Assembly (NCBI GenBank): GCA_964016885.1
Contig: OZ024743.1
Location: 60,822,001 to 60,886,000 of the forward strand
Direction: 5' to 3'
Source: Eledone cirrhosa
Lineage: Eukaryota
DNA length: 64,000 nt
Position 1 is the stretch's first letter; every line of letters begins with the position of its first letter. Below the pieces are notes generated by a model that worked only from the letters and a program-made list of their open reading frames with translations, was not told the origin of the DNA and did no database searches. Of this stretch, positions 36,574-50,820 are shown in pieces. A program made the position numbers and the translations under genes.

Positions 36574-39222
36574 ATAATAATAAATTTGAAGACTAAAATC
36601 CAAAGAGGGCTCGATAAGGATGAATATATATTTTGTGAAGGTACGTATACTTCCTCGTACGTATATTTGATTGTATGTGTTTTGGCGAATATATTATATA
36701 TTCTGGTACATATGCTTTTGGTTATGTGTATACGTGAGTTTTGCGTCTGTGTGAGTATGCGGGTTCGTACGTATGTAGGGTGTGTGTATATGTGTACTTC
36801 GTGTTTTGGTTGACGTACGTCTCCGAACATATCTGTATTTACATTTAGGTATGTGTGTGCGCTTGTTATATACGTATTTATTTATTTATATACGTTTATT
36901 TAATTTTATGTATACACGCTCACATATATATATATTAATATATATATTTTTATATATAATTGTGTGTGTATTTGGTGTATACATTCGTATGCGTGCGGGT
37001 ACAGGCGATGCGTGGGTTCTGTATGTGCAGGCGGGTTTTTTTTTGTGTGTACGTGCGTGTATTTGTATACCTATGGCGAGTGTTTTCGCGTATGCTTCAG
37101 TATGTACGTATATGGATGCGTGTATGTATTTATTTAATTTCGATTACCTCTGAATTTTATTTACTTTATTCTTAACTCTGAAGCCGAGAATGATTCGGTT
37201 CCCTAGTTAGAATTTTAGTCTACGACTTCAGTTATACCATTTACGTGGTTTTGTCTTTGCGTGATATTTTTCTCCCCGCTCCACATATTGCCAGAGAACG
37301 TCTCTATGAGCCACCTAATAGAATATTAGTCTACGACTTCTTTTATACCATAAACGTGGTTTTGTCTTTGCGTGTAATTGTTTTTCACCGCTCCAAATAA
37401 TGACGTATTATATTCGTTTTTTCCAGTTCTTTGCCAGGGAACGTTTCCACTATCCAAAGTATCGTCTTCCTGTCTTCCTCCGGTTGCAACGTTTTTTGAA
37501 ATATTCACTTCCGCGTTCACAGATTGACTTTGTTAGTTTCAGAAGATACCGTTAGGGTGAAAGAAGCGATTCTTTGCTTAAACTTTAATCTGTTATTTTA
37601 ATAAATATATATATATGAAAAAGTGAGTCCTTCATCAGTGACCCTCCAACCGTCCTCGGCATTTCATCGCTTTAAGGGCCATATGCCTCAGGTTGGTGCG
37701 AACAACGGCTAAAAAAAGTCGTTGGGACACGTAAATAAAGGGGGACACTAGAGTAACAACAAAAAGGGTTTAAGCAACGGAAAGTGAGTAGAAATAGACA
37801 AGTCCCAGATCTCTATGAATATAAACTCTGTGAAATCGTGAACAAGAGACGAAAGACCATCGAACCTGGTAGAAATGTGAGCAAGGAAAGAATTTCGCCC
37901 AAGTTTGACGGGGGGAAAAAAGAGAGAGAGAGAGACAGAGAAAGGAGAGAAGAAGAAGAAGAAGAAGAAGAAGAAGAAGAAGAAGAAGATATATATATAT
38001 ATATATATATATATAGTATTAAGGATACTATTTATGGTTATGTATATAATAAAACCTTTTATGGTTATATATTTTTTATACAAACCCCAAATAGTGAAAG
38101 ATAGTCATTTATTACTATCTTATTACCAGTAAGATAAATAGCTCAATGTAATAACATCAGTTGTTTTACAGAGCAGTTATATAGAGATTACAATAATCAA
38201 AGTTCAGTTTAAATCATTTATTTGCTTACAATTGATTTGTAGGTCTGACTATTCTTATAGAATGTTCAGATATGACACCCCTTAATAGAAGGTAATCACC
38301 CTGATAAAGACATCTTTAGTACTTCTTAATAGACTACACGGTAACCTATAGATAAGTAACCTAATCTAGAAATTGGTTATAACATAGATATGATAGGCAC
38401 TTATTTGAAACACCATTAGTGTAATTAGGATAATAAATTTAACTAAGAAAACCAGCTAGTTACCTCCCCTACGCATTAACTCCCCTTGGTCACGCACACA
38501 CTTCCGGAATATAATATCATCACACAAAACTAAACAACATGATCTATTGATTAAGAATCGACAAGATATGGTTTATAACTTGGTTATATGCTGAACCATC
38601 GTGGATTATATGATAGACCCGTGGTCTATATATTGCGTCTCATGGATTATGTGAGTGGTGGTGTGCGCGAAGACAGTGGTACTGTTTTGCCTACGTTATA
38701 TGTTTTATAATATGTTTTATATTTTTGATATGTTGGTGTTTCTCTACATTCGGGATTGTATACCATACAGGTGTATGCGAAAAAATGATTTAACAATTCA
38801 GCCCACATAATACTATCGATTGCCTGCTTCAACTGCCTGATCCTGCAACTAACAATCTGCCGCACTCTAATCCTGTATAAATAAGACACGCGTGCATGCT
38901 ACACGTGAGATTGTTTCATACACTGACTACTCTAAACTTTCCTCTCGCTTTATCTTCATAAACTGCGAGTTTCATTTTTATTTTTATTTTTATTTTTATT
39001 TTTATTTTTATTTTTATTTTTATTTTTATTTTTATTTTTATTTTTATTTTTATTTTTATTTTTATTTATTTTTATTTTTTTTATCCTTTAACCTTTATAT
39101 GTATATTGCCATGCTATATCATTTTGATGGATGTCATCACACTGTGGGTCAATATATGCATATGTTTTTATATGTCTCTTGTGTTGAAAAGGAGATCAAG
39201 TATGTTATAGATCACTTAATAG

Positions 39223-39271
39223 TTGCTCCGAAGAATCCAAACCTCGGTTTGGAGGAAACAATTGTAAGCAA
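39223..39271 (+). ncRNA. Type I hammerhead with CCGAAGA core
   Basis: ttgct CCGAAGA a tccaaac-ctcg-gtttgga g GAAA caattg TA agcaa. The 3' part plus tail is duplicated in inverted form at 38184-38233. Confidence 0.7.
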
Positions 39272-39305
39272 ATAAATGATTTAAACTGAACTTTGATTAT
39301 TGTAA

Positions 39306-39339
<34 letters not shown>

Positions 39340-39454
39340 CATATAAGCATACATACATACATACATACATACATACATACATACATACATACATACATAC
39401 ATACATACATACATACATACATACAAACAAAACAATATATTCTTGGACCAACAA

Positions 39455-40170
39455 CCGTTGTATTGGCGCCAGCTTTGAAGGATATGCTTCTGCAATCCAA
39501 GAACAGGAAATCAACACGAAATACCTGATTCACAAAGTGATAATGATGCAGGCAAACACCTAGATGTGACAAGTGCAGACTCCTCAAAATTAACATCGAA
39601 GATATCACCCATGTCATAAGAAGCTGTCCAAAGATGTCATCACTATACTATCTACCTATGAGGCATGATGTATTGGCCAAAACACTGTACAATGCAATCC
39701 GTAGAAAAGATAGCCCCGATAATAAACACATTAAAAGCTACAGCAATGTGGAAGACATACACATACAAAATATAAAAAGTACTGGTGAAATATTCCAGTC
39801 AAAAGGCCAATAAAATGCAGGCATAACAGACCAGATATAATGATATGGGACAGGGAAAAGAAGGCATGCACAGTAGTGGAAGTTAGCGGCCCAGCAGATG
39901 CCAATATAATATTAAAGATTAGCCAAAAAGAGAATATCTATGCAGAACTAATGAGAAATCTGCAGATACTCCACCCTGACTATACCTTAAGATTTATACC
40001 TGTGATTAGTGGGGCTCTGGGATATGTTAGTTACTGACTCAGTACAAATCTTGAGAAGCTGCGCTTTACACAAACTGAAAGAACACGAATAGTTAGAAAA
40101 TTACAAGTACAATCCATTAAGGGAAGAGTAAAAATATGTAAAACATTCCAAAATTCTGTATCTAATAATT
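39455..40170 (+). pseudogene. R4/Dong-like non-LTR retrotransposon 3' fragment (CCHC knuckle plus restriction-like endonuclease)
   Basis: Frameshifted QEQEINTKY...KCRL...EDITHV..SCPKM...RHDVLAK...HNRPDIMIWD...VVEVS.P...KENIYAEL...FIPVISGALG. Preceded by (CATA)n. Confidence 0.8.
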
Positions 40171-41977
40171 TCATGTACACATGTACAGATACAACGCGTA
40201 TACACATACTCACATATAACTCAAAACATACAACTCCATACATACAATAACATTCATACCTGCACACACATGCATGCATACACGCATACATATCTACCTA
40301 GTTGATGTTGTGTAAATTCCAATAAGAGAGTCTTGTATCTATGTTAGAAATCGACTCTCTCTCTCTATTGGTAGAAATTTGTGAAATTATAAAACCAGAA
40401 CATACATAGTTATTTTCAATTTCATTTTTCAAAGGAAGGGTTACAGGCGTACATATTTCAAATTTTCCCAATGCCTTTTCACTCAATCGCATTGTTTATA
40501 CTTCTACCTATACGCTTAAAATCTAAAAAGACAGAATTGTGTAGCCAGCAACATTTTAGCACACACCTAGCATCTGAGAGATGCGGTTTCGATTTCTCGG
40601 GGACACCTTTATTCACTTTTTTGGTCTCCAAGTTTACCATATTTAAGAAGTCTAGCATGTAGTCCATAATATGATAACTGAAAGCAAGGATACCTATGTA
40701 AGATTGCAGTTCCACACCTGCTCATGTTCATCATTGCATTTAGAAACGCTGTATTACTACTACCAATAACCATAGCTTATAAAGTCCCTGGATGATACAT
40801 AACTTGATAAAATCATTAATTACAAGTTGTTCCCATGAAAATTCCACTGCTTAATTAGAAACAATCACCAAGAATTTATATCAGTTTAAATAAAATATTT
40901 CGTACGGCGTGGGTTTAAAAATAAATACCAGCACCAGCGCCTTCTTTCTCTCTCTCTCTCCATCCCCCCCCCTCTCTCTCCCTCTCTGTCTATCTATCTC
41001 TATCTATCTATATATATATATATATATATCTTTCTTTATCTTTATCTCTCTCACTCAAACGCACAACTTCTCTCCACAACCAGGCAATCTCTGCCATAGA
41101 TACACCCACTTTATTACTATAGATACATAGGAATGGTTATGAGTCAATATTTATCGAAACATGGTGCGACGATACATTGTTTTATGAAATTTTTATGAAA
41201 GCATACTCGATGAACGTATTCTGTCATCTTCCTGAGCACACGTCTTCTTTATATCAACATCCACTACTACTCTGATCACAGTGTAGTTATGTTAGTAGTA
41301 TTGAATATCTTGGTTCGGCGATCAATAAGTCATTACAACACGTCCACTAGTGTGTAAAATAGTTGGGTGTGTCTCTGTACTTAATTGTTTTTCTCTCCGA
41401 AGTAAATTTGTTTAATAGAATCATTTTCCTCGTATAAAACATTGATTTAATTCCAGAGAAGTCTTGATTAACAGAGTGGTTCTTAATATTGGAAATGTGT
41501 GTTCCATCTGCTTGCCCTCCCTCTGATTAGCCACTTATATGTAGTCTAATTCATCAGATCTTTTTATCTTGTCATTACCGTGCGTTGATTTAGCTGTAAA
41601 CTATATTTTTGTTCAAAGCAAGATTTCTTTGATATTCGTACCTGATGTTTATTTTACGAACATAGACATGGCTTTTAGTAATAATCAGTAGCGATTGCTC
41701 TAATTAGAATTGCTGATTATTTTACTGGTAGACTACGCCAGCTTTGAATGTAAATATATATTTACCTTTGCTAGGGGGTGTATTTTAACTTAATAGTACT
41801 ATTACTGACCTGAAACTACTATTTGTTATCTGAATTGAAGTCATGATAAAATGTAGTACCTGAGGAAACTGTTGAAAGTGTGACGTCATCAGCAATGATA
41901 ACAAATTCACAGTGTTTTTAGATGTCTGCAAGTTTAGTTGTTATTTGAATGATAGAACATTGTGACGTCGGTAATAA

Positions 41978-42300
41978 TCTATACTATAATAAAAGCGTTG
42001 TCTCTCCGCCTGTCCGTCCATCCGCCACGCTCACTTTATATAGAGAAACGGAGCGTCAAGCGAGAGATATGTACATAGATAGGGAGAGAAAAGAGAGCAC
42101 CGTCTGTTTTCGAGGTGACAGAAAGAGGTAGATAGACAGAAAGTTAGGACGTCACCCTCATCTATATATATATAGAAGGGAGAGTGCTAAACGAAAGAGA
42201 TGTATATATAGAGAGAAAAGGAACACCACATGTTTAGAGAGAAAGAGAGAGTGTGTGTGTATGACAGAAAGAGGGAGAAGACGGCGTAGCCCTGATCTAG
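41978..42300 (+). mobile_element. Non-autonomous Helitron-like element
   Basis: A|TCTATACTATAATAAAAG start, internal CCGT/CTGT-like repeats, weak GGC-GTA-GCC hairpin, CTAG|T end. Confidence 0.55.
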
Positions 42301-42972
42301 TGGTAATAAAATAGATTAGTAGGGTGTAGTTTATAGTGGAGTTTCTTTTGTATGTAGTGGACTGTAGTTCTTAGAGATCAATAATCTTGTTTATTGTAAG
42401 GAAAAAAATAATGTTATGTTGATAAAAGTGGTAATAACATACAAGTGTGGGATGTAGTTTGTAGTACAGAGTAGTTTTTTGATGTTTGGTTAATGTGAAG
42501 AATGGGACATTGTGTCGTTAGCAAATATGTCAAAAATACAAGAATATTCTGTAATTTGTAGTGGAGTGGAGTTTATTGATGTCAATATATTTGGTTATTG
42601 TGAGAAGAGAAACAGTCTGCAATAATTGTAATAATATCTAAGAGAATCTATAAATGTTATGAAATTTGGTTTCAGTGAGGAGTGAACCTGATATTTCTAG
42701 TATATCGCCTTCGATGGATATATTTACTTCTATGTAACAAAGTTTCTATATATGGTATAGATATTTGTATTATAATGATCAAACATTCATAATATGTTTG
42801 CCTTAGGGTGGTGGATTGGCATAATCTTTAGAGCAGTGAATAGAATCCTTTGCGCTATTTGTTCCGGCTCTTTACGATCTAAGGACAAATCAAACTCGCT
42901 TTCTGAAATGGAATAAATTAATTATTTTTGCTTACTATCACAATTGCACGTAAGAAACAATATTCTGAGATT

Positions 42973-43067
<95 letters not shown>

Positions 43068-43203
43068 AGGATATCCCAAAAAGTGTATACACACTTCAAC
43101 AACATTTTAATAAATATATGTATAGGAAATCAAAGTGTATATATACATATATATATATACAATGATATTAAATAAATGGAAACTATATTTATAAAACCAT
43201 ATT

Positions 43204-43267
43204 TATTTTATTATATATATTTCAAGGGTACCAAGACAACATTGGTACGCTTTCATCAGATAAAATA
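43204..43267 (-). ncRNA. Type I hammerhead ribozyme, canonical core
   Basis: Reverse complement reads tattttat CTGATGA aag-c-gtaccaa-tgttgtc-ttggtac-c-ctt GAAA tatata TA ataaaata. Confidence 0.85.
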
Positions 43268-43374
43268 CAAAGTTTGTTTTATAAATAGAGACATACCCAT
43301 GAAAATCATACCTTATCGGTTGAAAATTCACTGGATTTTTCATAGGTATGTCTCTATTTATAAAACAAACTTTG

Positions 43375-43438
43375 TATTTTATCTGATGAAAGCGTACCAA
43401 TGTTGTTTTGGTACCCTTGAAATATATATAATAAAATA
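43375..43438 (+). ncRNA. Type I hammerhead ribozyme, canonical core
   Basis: tattttat CTGATGA aag-c-gtaccaa-tgttgtt-ttggtac-c-ctt GAAA tatata TA ataaaata. 8-bp stem I. Confidence 0.85.
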
Positions 43439-43769
43439 AATATGGTTTTATAAATATAGTTTCCATTTATTTAATATCATTGAATATTTACTCCAGTACT
43501 CTGTTGAGTGCTCTAATTTAGTTATAAACATTTATATTTGTTGGACTTCCAACAAATTAAATACCCTTCTACTTATATATATTTTTTTTTTGGGGGGGGG
43601 GGGGACACCATGTATATATATATACTCATACACGCGTCGAATCTCCTTGGGAATTATGTTACAGATTCCTTTGTCTCTGAAAAAACAACTGGAACACTCG
43701 TAATCGAAACCGACGAAGTCCAAATCCAATACACACATTATATATGTATATACGTATTTGAAACGAAAG

Positions 43770-46700
43770 AATGGTATTTAACTAATGTAATGGTACGCGA
43801 TGGGGCCCACCCACAGCCCCGGCGGACAGAATGGAGAAGGCGTTTCCCCGGAGAACGGCAAGGGAGACGCGCTGGAAAAACCACTCCAACTCTCGGGGCT
43901 CACACCTACGGCTGGCCAGCTCAGCGCCTATGGTGGTGAGTAGGGAGGTAGCCCTGGGGCTGAGGACACCAGAAGTCTCCACTGCCAGGGGAACGACCGC
44001 AAACCTGTCGGAGAGCGACCGGTATTTGAGGAGTTTGGCCCCCTCATCCCGACGTGCAGCAGAACCTGGGTCAGTCGTAGACAGCACCAGGTTGCGGCTG
44101 CAGAAAGTGTCGGTGCAAGTGGCATCCCAGACGAGGGGTTTGCCACCGCGGAACGGGAAGATGGTCATGCCAACTGGCCTTTAGCCGTCCCCTCGTTCCA
44201 GCCCCACCGGCTCGAGCTGGGAAGGGATGCCTGCAACGTCCAAGCCATGCTTAATAACCTCGTTGAGGGCAGTATGACGTGGAATGCGGCCGACACTGTG
44301 GAGGCCGAAATACTCCACGGTAGAACCACAGCGACACTGGTGTTGCAGGCAGATCTGGAGGCAGAGCCTCAGGGAAACGCCTATTCGCAGGCTATGGTTG
44401 TCCAGCTGCGTGCCAGTGGAGAAGGAGGGAAGAGCATGGAACCAGGCACCACTGTGGGGTTTGGAGGCCGCACGAAAACAAGCAAGGCGGTGCTGCTCGA
44501 GCTGGCGTCTGAGCCTATTTGAGGCCAGGCTGCACTGGATGGCATCCCAGGTGAGTTGGGGGGACTTGACGTCAACAGAGGTAGAAGGAGGAGGGACGTC
44601 TACTGGGCTAAGTCCCAGTCGGTCCCACGTCTCACAGGCGGCCCCACGTTCTCTGAACACAGAGGGTTCTGTTGTGTTTTGATGAACCCTGCTGACGAGG
44701 ACGCGGCTCGAGGTTACCGACGAAAAATACGCTGGCAAAGCTAGTGAGATCGGGGACCGGGGGCCTAGGCCGCCATACCTGACCAGTAAAGTGGCTTGTT
44801 GCCACCCTATGTGGTCAAACTTGACGTTGCGTATCCCCTCGGCTGCTGCTCGGATACAAGTATCGAGGTCAGCGAGGAGAGATGTCTGGGTGTAGCATGG
44901 AGCGATGCGGAGTGTATAGAGGAGCTTCGGCATGGCGAAGCAGTTCCTCAGCAGAAAGAGAGCTGGGTGGCCGTCAATCAAGCCCAGTCGGCTCGTGAGA
45001 GTCTGAAGCTGTTAAAGCCTGGACCTGATGGTGGAGCGGATGGCCGGCGGGTGGATCGGTGACCCGAGGATGAGGAAATTCTCTTTGGGGGTCACCTGAA
45101 CCTGGCGGAGAATGGACCGCACGTCCTAGACGGAGGCTGCAAAGCTCACAGCATCGAGGCTGACGTTCACCACCTCCGAATTGGCCGAGTTGACCTTGAG
45201 GCCGATTCCCGCCAGGGCAGGAATCACCGATTGAAGGTCTTGGCAGACCGTCCGTATGGGCCCGCCCAACGTAGCATCATCCAGATACCAAACGTTGAGC
45301 GGGGCCGTGATACTCCGGGCGATGTGGTCAATACCAAGGGCGAACAGGAGGGGTCCCAAAAGGTCGCACTGTTGGATCCCAGTAGCCGAGGGTATGACCG
45401 TATCAGCAGCTAGGACCATGCTCGGGGCTCCATATGACAGGTAGGGCAGCGGGTAGGCAGAGGGCGCTCGGCTGAGGCAGACCTCGAGCAGATGATCCGG
45501 GCGTAAAGAGTTAAAAGCATTCCTCATGTCAAGCTTGACAATGAGGTGCCTGGAGTCCCTGGATGCCGGTACCCATGGGCAGCTGCCGAAGAACTGCCTG
45601 ATTGCATGAGAGGCTCTCTCACAGCCACCGGACACGCCGACACCCAGTTGCACCGGACTAAACTCCTCACCCAGTTCATGTGTGACGGACTTGTAGATCA
45701 CCTTGGCAGCCAGCCTCCGGAAGACATTTCCCACAGCAATGGGGCGTATGCCACCCTCTTTCTTCCTGAGAGCGGTGAGGCTGGCCGAAAAAAAGAGGCC
45801 TCGGGCGTAAGGATCGAGGGCACCATGAATGAGCCTATTGGTGAGCGCCACAACTGCACTCAGAAGGCGGCGCCCGGCCTCAGCGGAGAGGGGGAATGTC
45901 AACTCCTTGAGGTGGCCTGGTCAGAGACCATCAACACCTCCGCAGCTGCTAGCTGGGAAGGACCTGTTGGCGGACATGATATCTGCATCAGTAGCCACAA
46001 GGAGCAGTGGGGGTCGGGTGGGGGTATGGGTCTGAAATCAGTGGCTGGCTCAGGGTGTTTGAGCCGCAGAGCAGCCAGGATCTCCTCGGTGGGTTGTAGG
46101 ACAGTGTCCTCTGAGGCAACAACTCTGACTGCGGCCGAGACATCACCCATGATAAGCTTTGCGTTTACCTGGTCACGCAAACGCTTGGCGCTGGCCTCGG
46201 GGGTGGAGGATAGGAGGGTACCTGAGGGTGGGGTGCGTGGCGTCCCTGGGCACGCTTGGAATGGGCGCTCGCCCAAATGACGAGACATTGGCCTTGACGA
46301 AGGCTGCTGCTGACCGGCCTCCCCGGTCAGCGCCAGAGCTGGGGAGGCCGAGGGCGAGTGGGGCGAAATAGAACAGCCGCTCCCAGTCACTGGCTCGATT
46401 GGAGTCCAGGGCGCTCTCAATCGAAGAAGCGAGGGCATCAGCTACCGGCACCCGTGCCGCTCTCTGGATCCTGAGTGGGATCTTCCAGAGCCGCCTGAGC
46501 CGAGCGATGTTGACCAGCGAGGCTCGGGCGTCAGGCAAGCTTGCTGTCCCAACTGGTGGTGTGCCAGACAGCCGTGGCTGGGAAGACGTGGGGAAGAGGT
46601 AGCTCCTGCACCTCCACGCTGCGAGGGCATTGGAAGCTTGACGAGTCAAGCCAACGCAGGTGAGGAGGTGGAAGCAGCCGCACCCCAAACAGTTCCGGCC

Positions 46701-47030
46701 TCTCTTCCGTTTGTAGTAGTGCCGCAAGTGCTGCAGGTGTCAATTTGGACGGGTGGGGGATGGGGCGAGCGGCATCATTGGTGGGTGGATGGTGTGTGTG
46801 GTTGGAATGGAAAGTGCTGGTAAGAGGGCAGCATAGCTCACCTATATTAATGGAGGTGCCAGAAAACGAGAGTGAAAAGGGGCCTGCATGGAGGAGACAC
46901 AGGAAGGTAGAATGGCAGTAAATGAATGAGTGAATGGATGGATGTACACCAAAACAAGGGGGGAGGGGACAAGGGGTTGTTCCCAGCGGAAAGACCCAGA
47001 ATTCAGCACGCACACATGCGAGCAACTGAG
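43770..47030 (-). mobile_element. CRE-clade non-LTR retrotransposon (RT plus restriction-like endonuclease), frameshifted, near full length
   Basis: IRPIAVGNVFRRLAAK, PVQLGVG, KLDMRNAFNS, GIQQCDLLGPLLFAL, WYLDDATL, SGAWFHALP, CRCG, RHTALN, EPVGL..GDG, LVWDATC, VPLAVETSG, QRVSLAVLRGNA. Confidence 0.9.
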
Positions 47031-47214
47031 CAGTTTGTCAAAGACGATATTCTCAATGGACGCGCTTACAATATTTGAATATAACTGAACCGTCGTGTCA
47101 TTTAATTTGAAAAGTGGAGCAAAGTAAAAGGAAAATAGTGAATTTGGAGTGTCAATCCCTTGTGATTTTTTTTGATTTTTTATTTACATATTGTAACATG
47201 ACGTCATTATATTT

Positions 47215-47775
47215 GGTGAATTGGCAGTATCGGTAGAGGGTTTGACGCCATGCTTTCTAGCATAGTTACGTCCCTTTACCTTCTGAGTTCAAATCACGTT
47301 GAGGCTAACTTTGCCTTTCATACTTACGGGGTCGATAAAATAAAGAACCCGTAATGTACTGGGTAATTACTGGCCTTGTGCCAAAAATAGAAACAATTAT
47401 ATTTGCAATACAACTTATTAATTTTGATATTGCTGATATAACACCAATACATTTACGTATTCTTGGATGACGTCGCGTTATTCAATATACACTTTGTTAT
47501 TTTAGTTATAAGAAATTTAATATCAATATATTTACATATTGTAAAATGACGTCCAAGAATACTGACAATACAATCTGTATTATTTTAGACATCACGAGGG
47601 CGGTGGATTGGCAGTATCGGTAGCATACAGTTACGGCCGTTTATGATCTGAGTTCAAATCCCGCCGAGGTTAACTTTGCCTTTCATCCTTACGGAGTCGA
47701 TAAAATAAAGTACCAGACTTTGCCCTCCACCCCACCCACCCAATTTCTGGCATTGTGCCTATATAAGAAACCATT
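47215..47775 (+). mobile_element. Two family A SINE copies (about 47215-47400 and 47598-47775)
   Basis: TTGGCAGTATCGGTAG head, GAGTTCAAATC B-box, family core and tail. Confidence 0.85.
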
Positions 47776-47792
47776 ATTTTAGACATCATAAA

Positions 47793-48110
47793 GACGTGTC
47801 GATTAGTGGGTTGAGTGTTTTATCGCTCGTAAAGTTGTGTGTTCGGTTCTCAGTTGTACGTAGTGCCCTTCAGCGAGACACATTATTTCATGTTGCTCCA
47901 TCCCAAAGAGTTGACAGAAATCAGTTGCACCTGTAGTTGAAAGAGCATGGTTTATCACACATAATGTCACACCGAATCTCCCTGAGAATTACGTTGATTG
48001 TGCACGTGTACGTGTAATGCTCCAACAAATGCACATTCATTTCAAGAGCAAATTGTTCCGTTTTTTATCCATTTAAAACACTCGTCCTCGGAGCCGTCGT
48101 AGGTCCAACA
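47793..48110 (+). mobile_element. SINE family B
   Basis: tRNA-like head plus TGTTGCTCCA...AATCTCCCTGAGAATTACGTT core. Confidence 0.55.
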
Positions 48111-49020
48111 ACATTTTACATATAAGTAAAACAGCAATAATGTTTATTTTCCTTAATTCTGTGTAAATTTGATTATGACACTAAAGACGGTTAACTATTC
48201 GTCAGTTTACAGTCAATTTTTCTTTTGTTACTTGCTCTGATTGTCGCTTAATCTAAGTGTAAAATGTAGTCAATTGACAGAATTGAAGAACATCGAATAA
48301 ATATTAATGACAGCTCACTCATTTAAAAATTCCGATGAGGTCAACCTTGCCTTTTGACGTTTCGAGGTCAATAGTTAAAGAATCAGTCCAAAACTGAGGT
48401 TCTTTTTTACTCTATCTCTATATATATTTCTCACATTATCTTTATATATTTATCTGGAGGAAATCGACTATGTTTAAACCGGGAGAGGAACGGGTCAACC
48501 AGGTTTAAATGCTGTACAATTATACCATGAGTATAGGGTCCATTGCGCAGATTTAAACATTCCGACAAAGACAACTTTCCCTTTCATCCTTTTAAAGTAC
48601 TCTAGGGTCCACCACCCCCACCCCCGCCCTTGATTATCAATTTTTCAGGTTTTTTCAAAGCCCTCATCCCTCTTATTCCAACCCCTCCCTGCTTATTAAA
48701 TTTTGTAATCTATATACGGCGAAATTATATTTTAAGTGTTAGCGTGACAGCGACAATTAATTTTCTTTATACAATAAAAAAAACATATATTATACAGGTA
48801 GATTACTAGAAATCCCGTACGTTATAAAACAAATAGAATGTGTTGGGCTCTCAATATGTAAACTAAACGACTAATTCTGACTTTAAAAGAAGTAACGGTG
48901 ACAACTGAGAAACATTACCGATGTTCACCTCCACCCGGCTTATCCCGCCACTATTATGTGGGAACTGAGAGTAGATAAATAAAATAGAAATTAAGTAGTA
49001 TGGTCGATTCTTCCACTGAC

Positions 49021-49051
<31 letters not shown>

Positions 49052-49382
49052 GTGGAATAAATACATTGGATTCATATCTGAAGAGTGCTGGGCTTTACTT
49101 GGTTTAAATGGTGTCCAAAACACGGCATACGTCTAAAACGGCGCCCCAACTATCAATTTATGTATGTATTTATAGGTGGGTGGATGGATGAATGAATGGA
49201 TGGATATATAAATACACAAACACACACACACACACACACGCATATATATATATTTATGTGTGTGTGTGTGTGTGTGTATGGGAGTGTATGTATGTGTATG
49301 TGTGTATATTTATATATACACATACACACACGCACGCACACACACACACGCACACACACACACGCACACACACACGCGCATA

Positions 49383-50545
<1,163 letters not shown>

Positions 50546-50820
50546 TGAGGCTATATGCGAATACTAGGGCGTTGCGAAGTGGACTCCTTAACCACACGGC
50601 CATGGCTGCCCCAATTTAATCATAGAATTCCATAGAAAACAGAAATAATTCCGAAGAAATATTTCTTGGTAATTATATTAAAGAGAAAACAGAAGACAAA
50701 CAAAATATAATCCCACCAAAATCAATGTCTATAAATCGAATCTCGATAAATATAATTTAACACTGGCTCATGCTGTCTTCTCATTATTACATATATATAC
50801 CTTTCTTTTTCTTCTGTAGG

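Larger units (their letters stand above)
43160..43482. mobile_element. Near-perfect palindrome (arms about 148 bp, spacer about 26 bp) with a hammerhead in each arm
   Basis: 43160-43308 is the reverse complement of about 43334-43482 with only 2-3 differences. Confidence 0.9.

Noticed and set aside
37620-37645. Minus-strand CTGATGAAGGACTC next to a TA run
   Set aside because: Only a possible 5' half; no GAAA or stem III.
40298-40715. Two adjacent minus-strand ORFs of ordinary composition
   Set aside because: No recognisable motif or supported exon structure.
43065-43614. Possible degenerate Tc1/mariner TIRs (TACAGGATATCCC / GGGACACCATGTA) around the HHR palindrome
   Set aside because: The match is short and imperfect, so a nested MITE cannot be supported.
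44247-46823. Plus-strand ORFs over the CRE element, and minus-strand ORFs over the RTE
   Set aside because: Antisense shadows of real retrotransposon coding sequence.
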